Positions 29,713-40,234 of a stretch of DNA of 64,000 nucleotides are shown piece by piece. Positions within the stretch are counted from its first letter, which is position 1; each line of letters begins with the position of its first letter. The position numbers and the translations under genes were made by a program. The notes under the pieces are model-generated. The model searched no databases and was not told where the DNA came from. It worked only from the letters and a program-made list of their open reading frames with translations. This DNA is from an uncultured Bacteroidales bacterium (GTDB lineage Bacteria > Bacteroidota > Bacteroidia > Bacteroidales > Bacteroidaceae), in assembly GCA_937914945.1 (NCBI GenBank), contig CALGJF010000009.1, positions 139,483-203,482 of the forward strand. The letters run 5' to 3'.

Positions 29713-30582
29713 TTAGGCACGCATTGCAAATAGCGACATCAGTGCTTTAACATAATCCTGGTCGGTACGCACCGATACGGAATCCACGCGGCTTTTTTTG
29801 AAAATCTCCTCTATTGCCGACGTTTGCTCTCTCCACCACTCACGCTGAGCATTCTGCACTTTGCTCGACGAGGTGTCGATATACATCTCCTGCCCACTTT
29901 CGGCATCGGTAATTTTCATGAGCCCTATTTGCGGCAACTCCATAAGGCGACGGTCGTATACCCGTATTGCAACCACATCGTGTTTGCGATTGGCAATGGT
30001 AAGCGCATTCTTGTAATCGTGCGGGGCGATGAAATCGCTCAGCATAAATGCGGTACACCTTTTCTTTATGGCGTTGGTGAGGAACTGCAACGGCACTTTG
30101 ATATCGGTTTTCTTGCTTGCCGGTTCAAAGTTTATGAGTTCTCTGATGATATACAAAATGTGCTTACGCCCCTTCTGCGGCGGGATAAACTTCTCCACCA
30201 CATCCGAGAAGAATATAACACCGATTTTGTCGTTGTTCTGTATTGCCGCAAATGCAAGTGTGGCTGCAATCTCTGTAACCATATCGCGTTTCATCTGCTT
30301 TATGGTACCGAAATCGAGGCTCTGCGACACATCGACAAGGAGCATCACAGTGAGCTCGCGCTCCTCCTCGAATACCTTTACAAAAGGCTTATTGAAACGA
30401 GCCGTTACATTCCAATCGATATCGCGCACATCGTCGCCATACTGATACTCACGCACCTCGCTGAACGACATACCACGCCCTTTGAAGGCCGAGTGATACT
30501 GCCCTGCAAAGATATTGTGAGAGAGGCCACGTGTCTTTATCTCAATCTTGCGAACCTTTTTTATAAGTTCACTCGTCTCCAT
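29713..30582 (-). CDS. DUF58 domain protein (MoxR-associated)
   Basis: The signature FSEVREYQYGDDVRDIDWNVTAR. Confidence 0.85.
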   Translation of the reverse strand: METSELIKKVRKIEIKTRGLSHNIFAGQYHSAFKGRGMSFSEVREYQYGDDVRDIDWNVTARFNKPFVKVFEEERELTVMLLVDVSQSLDFGTIKQMKRDMVTEIAATLAFAAIQNNDKIGVIFFSDVVEKFIPPQKGRKHILYIIRELINFEPASKKTDIKVPLQFLTNAIKKRCTAFMLSDFIAPHDYKNALTIANRKHDVVAIRVYDRRLMELPQIGLMKITDAESGQEMYIDTSSSKVQNAQREWWREQTSAIEEIFKKSRVDSVSVRTDQDYVKALMSLFAMRA

Positions 30583-30591
30583 AATTATCCG

Positions 30592-31587
30592 TTAGGGTAC
30601 TTCAACACTGTTCAAAATACGGCTCACTATCTCATCGGCCGACACATTGCTTGCCTCTGCCTCGTAGCTCAAACCGATACGGTGGCGCAAAACATCGTGT
30701 GCCACGGCGCGCACATCCTCGGGGATTACATATCCGCGACGCTTGATAAAAGCGTATGCGCGGGCAGCAAGAGCAAGGTTTATAGATGCACGGGGTGAAC
30801 CGCCAAACGATATAAGCTCCTTCAAATCCTTCATGCCATACTTGTCGGGGTAACGTGTGGCAAACACGATATCCGCAATGTACTGCTCGATTTTCTCATC
30901 GAGATATACCTGGCGCACAACCTTGCGAGCCTCGATAATCTCCTCGGGTTTCAATATGGGTCTTACAGCGATTTTCTCACCTGTAATATTCTGTCTGATA
31001 ATCTTCTTCTCTTCCGACAGTTCGGGGTAACCTATAACCACTTTGAGCATGAAACGGTCCACCTGCGCCTCGGGCAAGGGGTATGTACCCTCCTGCTCAA
31101 TGGGGTTTTGTGTAGCAAGTACAAGGAAGGGCGAAGGCAGTTGGAATGTCTCTTTGCCTATTGTAACCTGTCGTTCCTGCATAGCCTCCAACAACGCACT
31201 TTGTACCTTTGCAGGGGCACGGTTAATCTCGTCGGCAAGCACGAAGTTTGCAAAAACGGGGCCTCTCTTTGCTTTGAAATCCTCGTCCTTCTGGCTATAT
31301 ACCATTGTACCGATAACGTCGGCCGGCAAGAGGTCGGGAGTAAACTGTATGCGGCTGAAATCGGCATCAATCAATTCCGACAATGTTTTTATGGCCAATG
31401 TTTTTGCAAGGCCGGGAAGGCCTTCGAGCAACACATGGCCATCGGCCAAAAGACCTATAAGAAGCGACTCAACAAGGTGTTTCTGGCCCACAATCACCTG
31501 GTCCATACCTGTAAGCAGATTGGTAACAAAGCCGCTCTGCCTCTCAATCATTTCATTCAGTTCTCTGATGTCTATTGCACCATTCAT
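30592..31587 (-). CDS. MoxR-family AAA+ ATPase
   Basis: Walker A LLEGLPGLAKT and Walker B VLADEINR. 331 aa. Confidence 0.9.
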   Translation of the reverse strand: MNGAIDIRELNEMIERQSGFVTNLLTGMDQVIVGQKHLVESLLIGLLADGHVLLEGLPGLAKTLAIKTLSELIDADFSRIQFTPDLLPADVIGTMVYSQKDEDFKAKRGPVFANFVLADEINRAPAKVQSALLEAMQERQVTIGKETFQLPSPFLVLATQNPIEQEGTYPLPEAQVDRFMLKVVIGYPELSEEKKIIRQNITGEKIAVRPILKPEEIIEARKVVRQVYLDEKIEQYIADIVFATRYPDKYGMKDLKELISFGGSPRASINLALAARAYAFIKRRGYVIPEDVRAVAHDVLRHRIGLSYEAEASNVSADEIVSRILNSVEVP

Positions 31588-31621
31588 AATTCTATTGTTA
31601 TTTTATTATTTATTTCTTTTC

Positions 31622-31629
31622 CAAAATTA
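31622..31629 (-). promoter_or_regulatory. -7 box TAATTTTG for moxR-Bat operon
   Basis: The rc of CAAAATTA, 34 nt upstream of the moxR ATG at 31587. Confidence 0.45.
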
Positions 31630-31712
31630 CAGCAATATGTTAATCTTTAATGTTAATATAGTTAAAATAGCCTTAACCTCTGTTACATTAAAGAAACTTT
31701 AACGCAACCACC

Positions 31713-32912
31713 CTATTTCGCAGGCTGCAAACGAGGTATCTGCAATTCCATACCCTTGCTCAACCCATTGGGATTATCCAACTTGTTATATTGCACGATG
31801 TAGGGCCACAGACGCTTGTCGCCATAATATTTGAGTGCAATACGCACAAGTGTCTCGTCGGCGGCAACGGTGTGAGTGGCGATGGCACCATCGGCAACAT
31901 AGAGCAATGTGTCGCCACGCCCTATACTGCCCACACTCCTTGCAGCAAGTTCCTCAACCATTGTAAAGGTATATTCCTCCTCTTTGGGTGCGGGAGCAAC
32001 ATCGGCTGCCACTGTTGCAGTGTCGGGCACGATGGTTTCAACAACCTTTGCAGGTGCAGGCGCGGTATTGCTTGTTGCATGGGCAACAGGCTTTTTACCA
32101 CCATCCCTCTTACCAAAGAGTACAGGGTAGAAATATATTGCCAAGGCTGCCAATATCGCAAATATTATTAATAATGTATAAAGCTGTGCATGCCCGCCCT
32201 TCTTCTCTCCTGTTTCATCGGCCTTTGCAGTATCGGTCAATGGGTAGCTGTTCTTTATTTTGTTTACAGCCTCTTCGGTTGCGCCATTCCCGTCGGGCTC
32301 TTCGGCAATATCCTCTGCCGGCTCCTCTTTGTTTGTCTCTTCGGCAGCGGGTACCACCTCCTCTATCGAGGGCTCTTCCTGTGCAATTTCCTCGTTTGCG
32401 GTTTCGATGGTTTCAGCAGTATCGGCAACAGTTTCTTCGCTTGCAGTCGTGGTCTCCTCTGCTTGGGGCTCCTCGGCAATGGTTTCAACCTCGGGCAGAG
32501 CTTCGCTTTGCGCATCATTGGTCATGGGTTGCACTTCCTCCTGAATATTCTCCTCGCTCTCTGCAGATTCTTCGCTGTCATCTACATAGCTGTCGTCTAT
32601 CTCCACGGGCTCAAACATGGCAAACGGCTGGTTTACCTTCTCCTTCAATGTATCGGCTGGGAGGAATGTGAGTTTCTTATGTCCCTTAATCTCTATTTTT
32701 TCGCCGGTATTCACATTTACACTGCTGCGGCTTGCAACATCGGTAACCTTGAATGTTCCAAGTCCGTTAATTTTCACCATGCCATCTTTCTCCAGCCCCT
32801 CCAATATTATATCGAAGAATGCCTTTGTAAACAGCTCTGCCTTTGCACCTGAAATCTCGGCCTGCTTTGCAAGCAGAGCCGACAAGTCGGAATGATTTAA
32901 TTTTGCGTCCAT
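31713..32912 (-). CDS. HU-domain / acidic linker / TM / LysM-domain protein
   Basis: N-terminal HU-IHF fold (GLGTFKV...KLTFLP), a Glu-rich linker, one TM, and a C-terminal LysM-like HTVAADETLVRIALKYYGDKRLWPYIVQYN. Confidence 0.6.
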   Translation of the reverse strand: MDAKLNHSDLSALLAKQAEISGAKAELFTKAFFDIILEGLEKDGMVKINGLGTFKVTDVASRSSVNVNTGEKIEIKGHKKLTFLPADTLKEKVNQPFAMFEPVEIDDSYVDDSEESAESEENIQEEVQPMTNDAQSEALPEVETIAEEPQAEETTTASEETVADTAETIETANEEIAQEEPSIEEVVPAAEETNKEEPAEDIAEEPDGNGATEEAVNKIKNSYPLTDTAKADETGEKKGGHAQLYTLLIIFAILAALAIYFYPVLFGKRDGGKKPVAHATSNTAPAPAKVVETIVPDTATVAADVAPAPKEEEYTFTMVEELAARSVGSIGRGDTLLYVADGAIATHTVAADETLVRIALKYYGDKRLWPYIVQYNKLDNPNGLSKGMELQIPRLQPAK

Positions 32913-32924
32913 TGCTCTGCCTCT

Positions 32925-33200
32925 TTAATCGTTGAATTTATCTTTCATTTTGCCGCTTGGGCGGAATGCGGGCACAATCTTTGGCGGCACCAGAAACCTC
33001 TGTCCGCTCTTTGGGTTTACAGAAACCCTCTCCTTGCGCATCTTCACTTCAAAAACACCAAAGCCCGACACATTAAGCTGGTCATTATCCTTCAACCTCT
33101 CTGTCATCACCGCCACAAACGACTCAACACCTGCCGCAGCCTCTGCGGGAGTTATTCCGCATCGTTTAGCCAACTTGCTGATAAATTCTTTATTGTTCAT
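32925..33200 (-). CDS. hup: HU family DNA-binding protein
   Basis: 91 aa. GFGVFEVKMRKERVSVNPKSGQRFLVPPKIVPAFRP. Confidence 0.85.
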   Translation of the reverse strand: MNNKEFISKLAKRCGITPAEAAAGVESFVAVMTERLKDNDQLNVSGFGVFEVKMRKERVSVNPKSGQRFLVPPKIVPAFRPSGKMKDKFND

Positions 33201-33262
33201 ATTGGTTATTAGTTAAGCTACAAAGTTCGATATGACAAAAATGTATATTCTCTTTGTTTTTG

Positions 33263-34564
33263 TTATTTTCTCACTGTTCCCATGAGGTCAAACTCTGTGG
33301 CATCTGTTATAAGCACATCGTAGAACTCGCCTATTCTCAAATTGTCCTCGCTGCTGTTTATAAGCACCTCGGTATCCACGTCGGGCGAATCAAATTCAGT
33401 GCGGCCGATGTAATAATCACCCTCCACACGATCTATTATTGTTCTGAACACCTTGCCCACCTTCTCCTCGTTCAAGCGGGTTGAAATCCTTTGCTGAACC
33501 TCCATCAAACGGTCGAGGCGTTCCTGCTTTTTCTTTTTCGATACGTTGTCGCGATAATTCTCGGCGGCAAAGGTGCCATCTTCCTCGCTATACGCAAATG
33601 CCCCAAGGCGGTCGAATTTTGCCCACTTCACAAAATCCATAAGCTCCTCGAAATCCTTGTCGGTCTCCCCGGGGAAGCCCACCATCATGGTGGTGCGTAT
33701 GCATATACCCGGCACCTCGCGACGCATCTTCTCAATGAGCGCGTATGTATCCTCTTTGGTAACGTGGCGTTGCATTTTTTTCAAAATCTTGGTACTCACA
33801 TGCTGCAAGGCTATATCAAGATACTTACACACATTCTTTCTCTCGCGCATCACACGCAACAGTTCGTCGGGAAAGTGTAGCGGGTAGGCATAGTGCAAAC
33901 GTATCCACTCCACCCCTTCAATGTCGGCAATGCGCTCTACCAGCTCGGCAATAGCCTGCTTTTTGTAAATATCTATGCCGTAGTAGGTGAGTTCCTGTGC
34001 TATAATCTGGAACTCCTTAACGCCTTGCGATACAAGATAACGCACCTCGTCGAGAATCTCCTCCATGGGGCGCGAAACATGTGCACCGGTGATTATTGGT
34101 ATTGCGCAATAGGCACAACGGCGGTTGCACCCCTCGGAAATTTTCAGGAATGCGTAGTGCGACGGTGTCGATAACACTCTTTCGTGCGCAATCTCGGGCT
34201 TGTACTCCTTTTTAAGGTCGCCTATAAGTTCCTTCCAATTGAATTTACCATAGAATTTATCGACCTGAGTAATCTCCTCGCGCAATTCGGTGAGGTAACG
34301 CTCCGATAGGCATCCCATAACATAGAGTTTCTCAAGGTCGCCCTGCTCTTTGCGCTCGCAAAATTCGAGAATCATATTTATAGACTCCTGCTTTGCATCG
34401 CCAATGAAGCCGCAGGTGTTTATAACGGCAATGCTGCCGCGGGGCTCCTCGCTGTCGTGAGTAACCTCGTAGCCACACTCCTTTAATTGACGCATAAGCT
34501 GTTCCGAATCCACGAGATTCTTGGAACAGCCCATTGTAATCACATCAACACAATTCTTTTTCAT
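33263..34564 (-). CDS. rimO: ribosomal protein S12 methylthiotransferase
   Basis: MTTase N-domain (ITMGCSKNLVDSE), radical SAM motif CNRRCAYCAIP and a TRAM C-terminus. ATG at 34564; the track start at 34570 is TTG. Confidence 0.85.
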   Translation of the reverse strand: MKKNCVDVITMGCSKNLVDSEQLMRQLKECGYEVTHDSEEPRGSIAVINTCGFIGDAKQESINMILEFCERKEQGDLEKLYVMGCLSERYLTELREEITQVDKFYGKFNWKELIGDLKKEYKPEIAHERVLSTPSHYAFLKISEGCNRRCAYCAIPIITGAHVSRPMEEILDEVRYLVSQGVKEFQIIAQELTYYGIDIYKKQAIAELVERIADIEGVEWIRLHYAYPLHFPDELLRVMRERKNVCKYLDIALQHVSTKILKKMQRHVTKEDTYALIEKMRREVPGICIRTTMMVGFPGETDKDFEELMDFVKWAKFDRLGAFAYSEEDGTFAAENYRDNVSKKKKQERLDRLMEVQQRISTRLNEEKVGKVFRTIIDRVEGDYYIGRTEFDSPDVDTEVLINSSEDNLRIGEFYDVLITDATEFDLMGTVRK

Positions 34565-34570
34565 TTCCAA

Positions 34571-35524
34571 TTATCCGAAAAGAGAATCCACAAACTCGGC
34601 TCTGTTAAAAATCTGCAAGTGGTCTATACCCTCGCCCAAGCCAATATATTTTACAGGAATCTTGAATTGGTCGCTTATACCAATGACCACACCACCCTTT
34701 GCAGTACCGTCGAGCTTGGTTATAGCAAGCGAACTCACCTCGGTAGCCTTGGTAAACTGCTTGGCCTGCTCAAAGGCGTTCTGCCCTGTGGAGCCATCGA
34801 GCACAAGAAGCACATCGTTGGGTGCGTCGGGCAGAATCTTCTTCATCACATTCTTTATCTTTGTGAGTTCGTTCATAAGCCCCACCTTGTTGTGCAAACG
34901 GCCTGCGGTGTCAATAATCACCACATCGGCACCGTTTGCCACTGCCGATGACAATGTGTCGTATGCCACCGATGCAGGGTCGCTGCCCATGCCTTGCTTT
35001 ATAACAGGTACATCAGCACGGCGCCCCCACTCCACAAGCTGCTCCACGGCAGCCGCGCGGAATGTGTCGGCTGCACCAAGATATACCTTTTTGCCGGCCT
35101 TTTTGAATTGGTGTGCCAGCTTGCCTATGGTGGTAGTCTTGCCCACTCCGTTCACACCCACAACCATAATCACATAGGGCTGTCCGGGTGTTGTGGGGAA
35201 GACGAACGAGCCGTTATCCTCGGTGTTGTTCTCCATGAGCAAGGCTGCAATCTCCTCTTTCAGCAATGCGTTCAGCTCGGCCGTGCCCATGTATTTGTCG
35301 CGGGCGGCACGCGCCTGCACACGCTCCACAATCTTCAGCGTGGTTTCTACACCCACATCCGATGTAATAAGTATCTCTTCGAGGTTGTCGAGTACCTCGT
35401 CGTCAATCTCGGTCTTTCCTACTATTGCGCGGGCTATCTTGCCGAACACGCTCTCTTTGGTCTTGGACAATCCCTTGTCAAGAACCTCTTTTTTCTCTTT
35501 TGTAAAAAAACTGAATATTCCCAT
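34571..35524 (-). CDS. ftsY: signal recognition particle receptor
   Basis: GVNGVGKTTTIGKLA, DTAGR and the TKLDGTAKGG motif. Confidence 0.92.
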   Translation of the reverse strand: MGIFSFFTKEKKEVLDKGLSKTKESVFGKIARAIVGKTEIDDEVLDNLEEILITSDVGVETTLKIVERVQARAARDKYMGTAELNALLKEEIAALLMENNTEDNGSFVFPTTPGQPYVIMVVGVNGVGKTTTIGKLAHQFKKAGKKVYLGAADTFRAAAVEQLVEWGRRADVPVIKQGMGSDPASVAYDTLSSAVANGADVVIIDTAGRLHNKVGLMNELTKIKNVMKKILPDAPNDVLLVLDGSTGQNAFEQAKQFTKATEVSSLAITKLDGTAKGGVVIGISDQFKIPVKYIGLGEGIDHLQIFNRAEFVDSLFG

Positions 35525-35620
35525 ATTCCATTTAAGTTTTATATCAATTCCTTGCCGTTACAAAATGGAGCAAGGAATTTTTGTTTCTATTATCTTCTTT
35601 GGGGTTGCCCCCTGCATTTA

Positions 35621-35699
35621 TTGTCATTTCGAACACATGTGAGAAATCTCCAATAATATTTTTCAGATTCCTCGTCGCTATGCTCCATCGGAATGACAA
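35621..35699. repeat. REP-like imperfect palindromic element (full copy)
   Basis: Outer arms TTGTCATTTCGA / TCGGAATGACAA and inner arms GAGAAATCT / AGATTCCTC. Confidence 0.7.
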
Positions 35700-35824
35700 A
35701 ACAAAGTTTTGTTATCGACGAGCTTTCGGCAATGGTCGCTCGTTGCACAGAGAAGTTGCGCGGAGCGGGTTGCCAATAGAAAAGCGAGTCAATGACACTG
35801 TTATTGCACCGCAACAGTATATCA

Positions 35825-35856
35825 TATTGTCATTTCGAACGCATGTGAGAAATCTC
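35825..35856. repeat. second copy of the 32-bp element core (half element)
   Basis: TATTGTCATTTCGAACGCATGTGAGAAATCTC matches 35619-35650 at 31 of 32 positions. Confidence 0.85.
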
Positions 35857-35874
35857 ACAAACAACCAAGCGCTT

Positions 35875-37656
35875 TTAGTCGAGCTTGAGAACGGCAAGGA
35901 AGGCCTTCTGCGGCACCTCCACATTACCAATCTGCTTCATGCGCTTCTTTCCCTTCTTCTGTTTCTCGAGCAATTTACGTTTACGCGACACGTCGCCACC
36001 GTAACACTTCGCCGTTACATCCTTGCGCACCTGTTTGATGGTTTCGCGTGCAATAATTTTTGTACCTATGGCCGCTTGCAGTGCAATATCGAACTGCTGG
36101 CGGGGGATAAGGTCGCGCAGTTTCTCGCACATCTGTCGGCCAAGCCCATATGCGTTATCAACGTGTGTGAGTGTGGAAAGTGCATCCACAGGCTCGCCGT
36201 TGAGCAATATATCGAGCTTTATGAGTTTCGATGTGCGGAAGCCCGCGGGGTGATAGTCGAACGACGCATATCCCTTTGAAATGCTTTTCAGTTTATCATA
36301 AAAATCTATCACAATCTCGCCAAGTGGCAACAAGAAACGTATATCCACGCGGTTACCGGTGATGAACTCCTGTTTCTGCAATTCGCCGCGTTTCGACAAG
36401 CACAAAGTCATTATGGGGCCAATATACTCGGCTCGGGTGATAATGCTTGCATTAATATACGGTTCCTCGATGTGGTCTATAAGTGTTTGGTCGGGCATGC
36501 CGCCGGGGTTGTGTACCTCCTGCACATTGCCCTGCTTGTCATACACCATATACGACACGTTGGGCACGGTGGTGATAACACTCATGTCAAACTCTCGGTC
36601 CAAACGTTCCTGCACAATCTCCATGTGCAACAGGCCCAAGAAACCGCAACGGAAACCAAAGCCAAGCGCAGCCGACGACTCGGGGGTGAATGTGAGCGAT
36701 GCATCGTTCAACTGCAATTTCTCGAGCGATGCACGCAGGTCCTCGTAATCCTCGGCCTCTATGGGATATACACCGGCAAACACCATGGGTTTCACCTCCT
36801 CGAATCCTGCAATGGCCGATGAACAGGGCTTTGCTATGTGAGTAATGGTGTCGCCCACCTTAACTTCGCGCGATGTTTTTATACCCGAAATAATGTAGCC
36901 CACATCGCCTGTACGCAACTCCTGACGAGGCGATAGTTCCATCTTCAACACACCAATCTCGTCGGCATCATACTCCTTGCCTGTGTTGAAGAACTTCACC
37001 TTGTCGCCCTTGCGAAGCACGCCGTTTGTAATTTTGAAGTATGCTATAATACCACGGAACGAGTTAAACACAGAGTCGAAGATAAGCGCTTGCAAAGGAG
37101 CCTCTTCGTCGCCCACAGGGGCAGGAATGCGCTCCACCACCGCACGCAGAATCTCCTCCACACCCATGCCGGTCTTTCCGCTGGCCTCGATAATCTCGTC
37201 GCGGTCGCAACCTATGAGGTCCACAATCTCGTCTTTCACCTCCTCGGGCATGGCATTAATCATATCGCATTTGTTTATCACGGGGATAATCTCCAGCCCC
37301 TGATCAACAGCCATATAAAGGTTTGATATCGTCTGTGCCTGAACGCCCTGTGTGGCATCCACCACAAGCAAAGCTCCCTCGCAGGCAGCTATCGAGCGCG
37401 ACACCTCATACGAAAAATCGACGTGTCCCGGAGTGTCAATGAGATTGAGTGTATATTTCTCACCCTCGTACATATACTCCATTTGAATGGCGTGGCTCTT
37501 GATGGTGATACCGCGCTCCTTCTCCAAGTCCATATTATCGAGCATCTGTCCCTCGGTGATGTTAATGGTCTTGGTGGTTTCCAGCAGACGGTCGGCCAAG
37601 GTGGATTTACCATGGTCGATGTGTGCTATAATACAAAAATTCCTGATTTTATCCAT
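35875..37656 (-). CDS. lepA: translation elongation factor 4
   Basis: [28 protein letters not shown], and a C-terminal LepA_C region ending [11 protein letters not shown]. Confidence 0.95.
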   Translation of the reverse strand: MDKIRNFCIIAHIDHGKSTLADRLLETTKTINITEGQMLDNMDLEKERGITIKSHAIQMEYMYEGEKYTLNLIDTPGHVDFSYEVSRSIAACEGALLVVDATQGVQAQTISNLYMAVDQGLEIIPVINKCDMINAMPEEVKDEIVDLIGCDRDEIIEASGKTGMGVEEILRAVVERIPAPVGDEEAPLQALIFDSVFNSFRGIIAYFKITNGVLRKGDKVKFFNTGKEYDADEIGVLKMELSPRQELRTGDVGYIISGIKTSREVKVGDTITHIAKPCSSAIAGFEEVKPMVFAGVYPIEAEDYEDLRASLEKLQLNDASLTFTPESSAALGFGFRCGFLGLLHMEIVQERLDREFDMSVITTVPNVSYMVYDKQGNVQEVHNPGGMPDQTLIDHIEEPYINASIITRAEYIGPIMTLCLSKRGELQKQEFITGNRVDIRFLLPLGEIVIDFYDKLKSISKGYASFDYHPAGFRTSKLIKLDILLNGEPVDALSTLTHVDNAYGLGRQMCEKLRDLIPRQQFDIALQAAIGTKIIARETIKQVRKDVTAKCYGGDVSRKRKLLEKQKKGKKRMKQIGNVEVPQKAFLAVLKLD

Positions 37657-37855
37657 ATCTTGTTTTCTTCTTTTCTTTCCTTATAACGCAGCCCTTGCAC
37701 CATACATAACGGCACCCGCCCGCGTAATTTTGCGCGAAGATACAAATAAAATTTAATATTTATATTATAAATAAAGGCGTAAAAGTTAAAAGCCGTGGCA
37801 AAATTGCAGAAAACAGAGGTGTTGTTTAAGAAAAACAGAAAGAACCAACTGTCAA

Positions 37856-39127
37856 TTACGCCCCTGTTTCAAACAAGCACTCCTCAACCTCAAAGGCAGA
37901 AAATGGGAGATACTTGCCCACCTCGTTCCAAAAGAACGACAGCTCGCCGCTGGCACGATGGCGCAACACCACAATCTCGGACAGGGCATTTATGTTGGTT
38001 ATAAAGTCGCAACGGTCGTTGCTCAATGTGTAACGGAAATTGCCATCGGGAGCCGACATGTATATTGAAAATTCTTTACGATTCATCACAACATCATTCA
38101 CTTTATAATCGTCGCTCGCGTCCTCAAATTCTTTCATCAACACCCCACTGTTGAATGCACTCCTTATCGCCGCTTTATCGTTGGCAATAAAGTCGTTCAC
38201 CACCCTCGCCCACACTTTCTCCTCCTTGCCTGCGGGGGATTTCACATTAATAAAAGTAAATTCTTCGGGTAGCCCGCATGCGCAATCGTCGCCGCGGTCA
38301 AAGCGCAATTTAAGCGAGCCTTTCTCCCTGTCGATCTCATACGATGCCTGCAAGTATTTCATGCTGCCAAAGGATGTGATTTCTACCATGGGCAGTTGCC
38401 ACCCATCGTCGCAAGCCGCTTTGAAGAAAAAGACAAAATGCTCCTCCACGCTGTAAGAGCCCACGGTTTTGCCCATCACAAGACGGCTCACTCTGTAAGA
38501 GCCATTGAATGGCGACGACGATGGATTCTCTTCGAAAAACCACAATGCGGCACCCTCGCGGTAAGGCTCATCGGCAGCATGCCAATAAGAAAACTCACCC
38601 ATATTGAACAGCACGCCGAGTTTAAGAAATTCGTCCAAGAAATCGGTATCGAGATAAGAGCGCACCACCCTCATGCTATATACAAAAATTGTGAGCATGC
38701 ATGGGTGCAGATGATTTACAAAATCGTAATCGAGCAATTCATTGGCAATCTCCTTTGAGGAAAGCCCGCTTGGAAAGCAATCCTCGAACAGATCGCATAA
38801 GGTCTGTATATGTGTGTGAAATATCTTTACAAAATCTTTTGAGTTCACATCTACTCCACTTGCATAAATATAGAACAGCACCAAGTTTCCATAATAGACC
38901 AAGGTGTCGCTCGATTTCAGTTGCAACAACTCCTGCAACACCCCGTTTCTGAATCCTTTTGGGAATCCATTTTGCTCCTCCTTGCATAATGCTATAAATG
39001 AGCTTTTCCAACTCGCGGAATCGTCAATGCCGCAATACTCCTTGTAATCGGGCAGATAGGCATGAAAAGAGTCGAATATAGCATAGAGCAGATAAATCTC
39101 GGCATCCGTCAGCCTATACATTCCCAT
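37856..39127 (-). CDS. hypothetical protein (423 aa from ATG at 39127)
   Basis: A long open frame with normal composition, no signal peptide or TM, and no motif I recognise. The track's upstream extension begins at a TTG inside a 64-bp repeat. Confidence 0.6.
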   Translation of the reverse strand: MGMYRLTDAEIYLLYAIFDSFHAYLPDYKEYCGIDDSASWKSSFIALCKEEQNGFPKGFRNGVLQELLQLKSSDTLVYYGNLVLFYIYASGVDVNSKDFVKIFHTHIQTLCDLFEDCFPSGLSSKEIANELLDYDFVNHLHPCMLTIFVYSMRVVRSYLDTDFLDEFLKLGVLFNMGEFSYWHAADEPYREGAALWFFEENPSSSPFNGSYRVSRLVMGKTVGSYSVEEHFVFFFKAACDDGWQLPMVEITSFGSMKYLQASYEIDREKGSLKLRFDRGDDCACGLPEEFTFINVKSPAGKEEKVWARVVNDFIANDKAAIRSAFNSGVLMKEFEDASDDYKVNDVVMNRKEFSIYMSAPDGNFRYTLSNDRCDFITNINALSEIVVLRHRASGELSFFWNEVGKYLPFSAFEVEECLFETGA

Positions 39128-39178
39128 AAGTTCACGCCACACATCGGCCACGGCATCATCACCGGCCACACCGTCTCG

Positions 39179-39242
39179 GACACGATAAAACGGCAAGGCG
39201 ATGGGTACGCAAGGTTATGCGGCATACCTTCGATGGTTTCCT
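39179..39242 (+). repeat. 64-bp direct repeat, copy 1
   Basis: 61 of 64 identical to 40472-40535. It lies at the 5' edge of the 423-aa orphan gene. Confidence 0.95.
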
Positions 39243-39465
39243 CGCTATCCTTTGCAGTTTTGCAACGTCTGCAAAAGGCCGGATATAAATGTATTGTATC
39301 AACCACGAAACGCATTGTGGAAATACTTGATTACGGCAGCAAGAAGGTATTGTTTAAGTTCTGCAAATTCAGAGAATACTGAAATAATTATCGAACAATC
39401 TATTGAGTTTTGAATATTTTTTATCATCTTCGCAAAAACGTAGGAAAATAAAAAACAGTATAGCA

Positions 39466-40023
39466 ATGTTAAATAATATAACAGATTTTTGGAGCGGCCT
39501 CTCTTTTACAAAGAATGTAAACAAGATGCGCAAGGCATTGATGGATTTTTTCGCCACGGAAGGCATAACTTGCGAAATTAAGGATGGGGCTCTTTTGTTT
39601 GAGTACAAGGACTCATGGTACATTGTAAACTTTGCCATCGGCGACGATTATGCCGAGTGTGGTATAATCTATTACGTTGAAGAAAAAACTTTTGAGGCTA
39701 TGGAGCTAAGCGACAAGACTTTTATTGCTGCAAAGGTGAACAACGAAATCGACAACCATGCCATAATGTATGTTTATAATGACAGTTTCAAAATTACTTC
39801 CACATTTTATTTTACATCCAAGAGAATGTTGATGGAACTATTCACAAAGCACTTCAACGAGCTAACCGACACAATTGCCGGTGCGGTAGGGTTGATAAGA
39901 GAACATCTTGCAGAAGAGGCCGAAGAAGAGGAACGGGAGAACACACCACAGCAGATAGGTTTCCGTGTGCAACCCGGGGAGGACGACAAGGATGAGAATG
40001 CACAAGTAGCAAAAAAACTTTGA
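39466..40023 (+). CDS. hypothetical protein, possibly YbjN-like, with acidic C-terminal tail
   Basis: 185 aa from the ATG at 39466 (the track start at 39403 is TTG). The LLFEYKDSWYIVNF...ECGIIYYV pattern is reminiscent of YbjN/T3SS-chaperone-like folds. An 18-bp-stem terminator follows. Confidence 0.45.
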   Translation: MLNNITDFWSGLSFTKNVNKMRKALMDFFATEGITCEIKDGALLFEYKDSWYIVNFAIGDDYAECGIIYYVEEKTFEAMELSDKTFIAAKVNNEIDNHAIMYVYNDSFKITSTFYFTSKRMLMELFTKHFNELTDTIAGAVGLIREHLAEEAEEEERENTPQQIGFRVQPGEDDKDENAQVAKKL

Positions 40024-40095
40024 TTACATAATTTTGCGGAACAACATTTTGCAAACTCACACATAACATAAGCCCCCTTCTAAAACTTATTTAAT

Positions 40096-40138
40096 AACAT
40101 TTGTCCCAAACTCGTGGAGAGTTTGGGACAAATGTTTT
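40096..40138 (+). terminator. strong terminator after YbjN-like gene
   Basis: 18-bp stem AACATTTGTCCCAAACTC / GAGTTTGGGACAAATGTT followed by TT. Confidence 0.7.
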
Positions 40139-40188
40139 ATACCGAAATATTTGCTGTTGATACATTTTATCGCTAAATGGATGTTTGA

Positions 40189-40196
40189 TAATTTTG
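40189..40196 (+). promoter_or_regulatory. -7 box TAATTTTG upstream of ATPase remnant
   Basis: TAnnTTTG 49 nt upstream of the ATG at 40246, after the 40096-40138 terminator. Confidence 0.4.
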
Positions 40197-40234
40197 CTCA
40201 CGAAAGAATAAGGACAATAAACTAAAGGACAAGA

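Noticed and set aside
29824-30798. 324-aa plus-strand ORF
   Set aside because: It is antisense to the DUF58 and MoxR genes, both of which carry strong family signatures.
31988-32852. Two plus-strand ORFs of 220 and 227 aa
   Set aside because: They are antisense to the acidic low-complexity linker of the HU-LysM gene, where stop codons are depleted by the GAA/GAG-rich sense strand.
35581-36279. 232-aa plus-strand ORF starting in the ftsY-lepA spacer
   Set aside because: It is made from the repeat element plus the antisense strand of lepA. Its repeated peptide (SFRTHVRNL / VISNTCEKS) is just the translated repeat.
37725-37732. TAATTTTG promoter-like box on the plus strand downstream of the orphan gene
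   Set aside because: No plus-strand gene follows for 1.7 kb. An 8-mer with two free positions is expected by chance many times in 64 kb.
39128-39196. TTG-initiated N-terminal extension of the 423-aa orphan ORF
   Set aside because: The extension starts at a TTG inside the 64-bp repeat. The ATGs at 39127 and 39121 are more plausible starts.
39201-39413. 70-aa ORF beginning inside repeat copy 1 (MGTQGYAAYLRWFP...), and a frame-2 reading with a faint H-loop-like pattern (YKCIVSTTKRIVEIL)
   Set aside because: There is no start context and no conserved motif. The similarity to ATPase segments is too weak to call by eye. It is more likely relic sequence.
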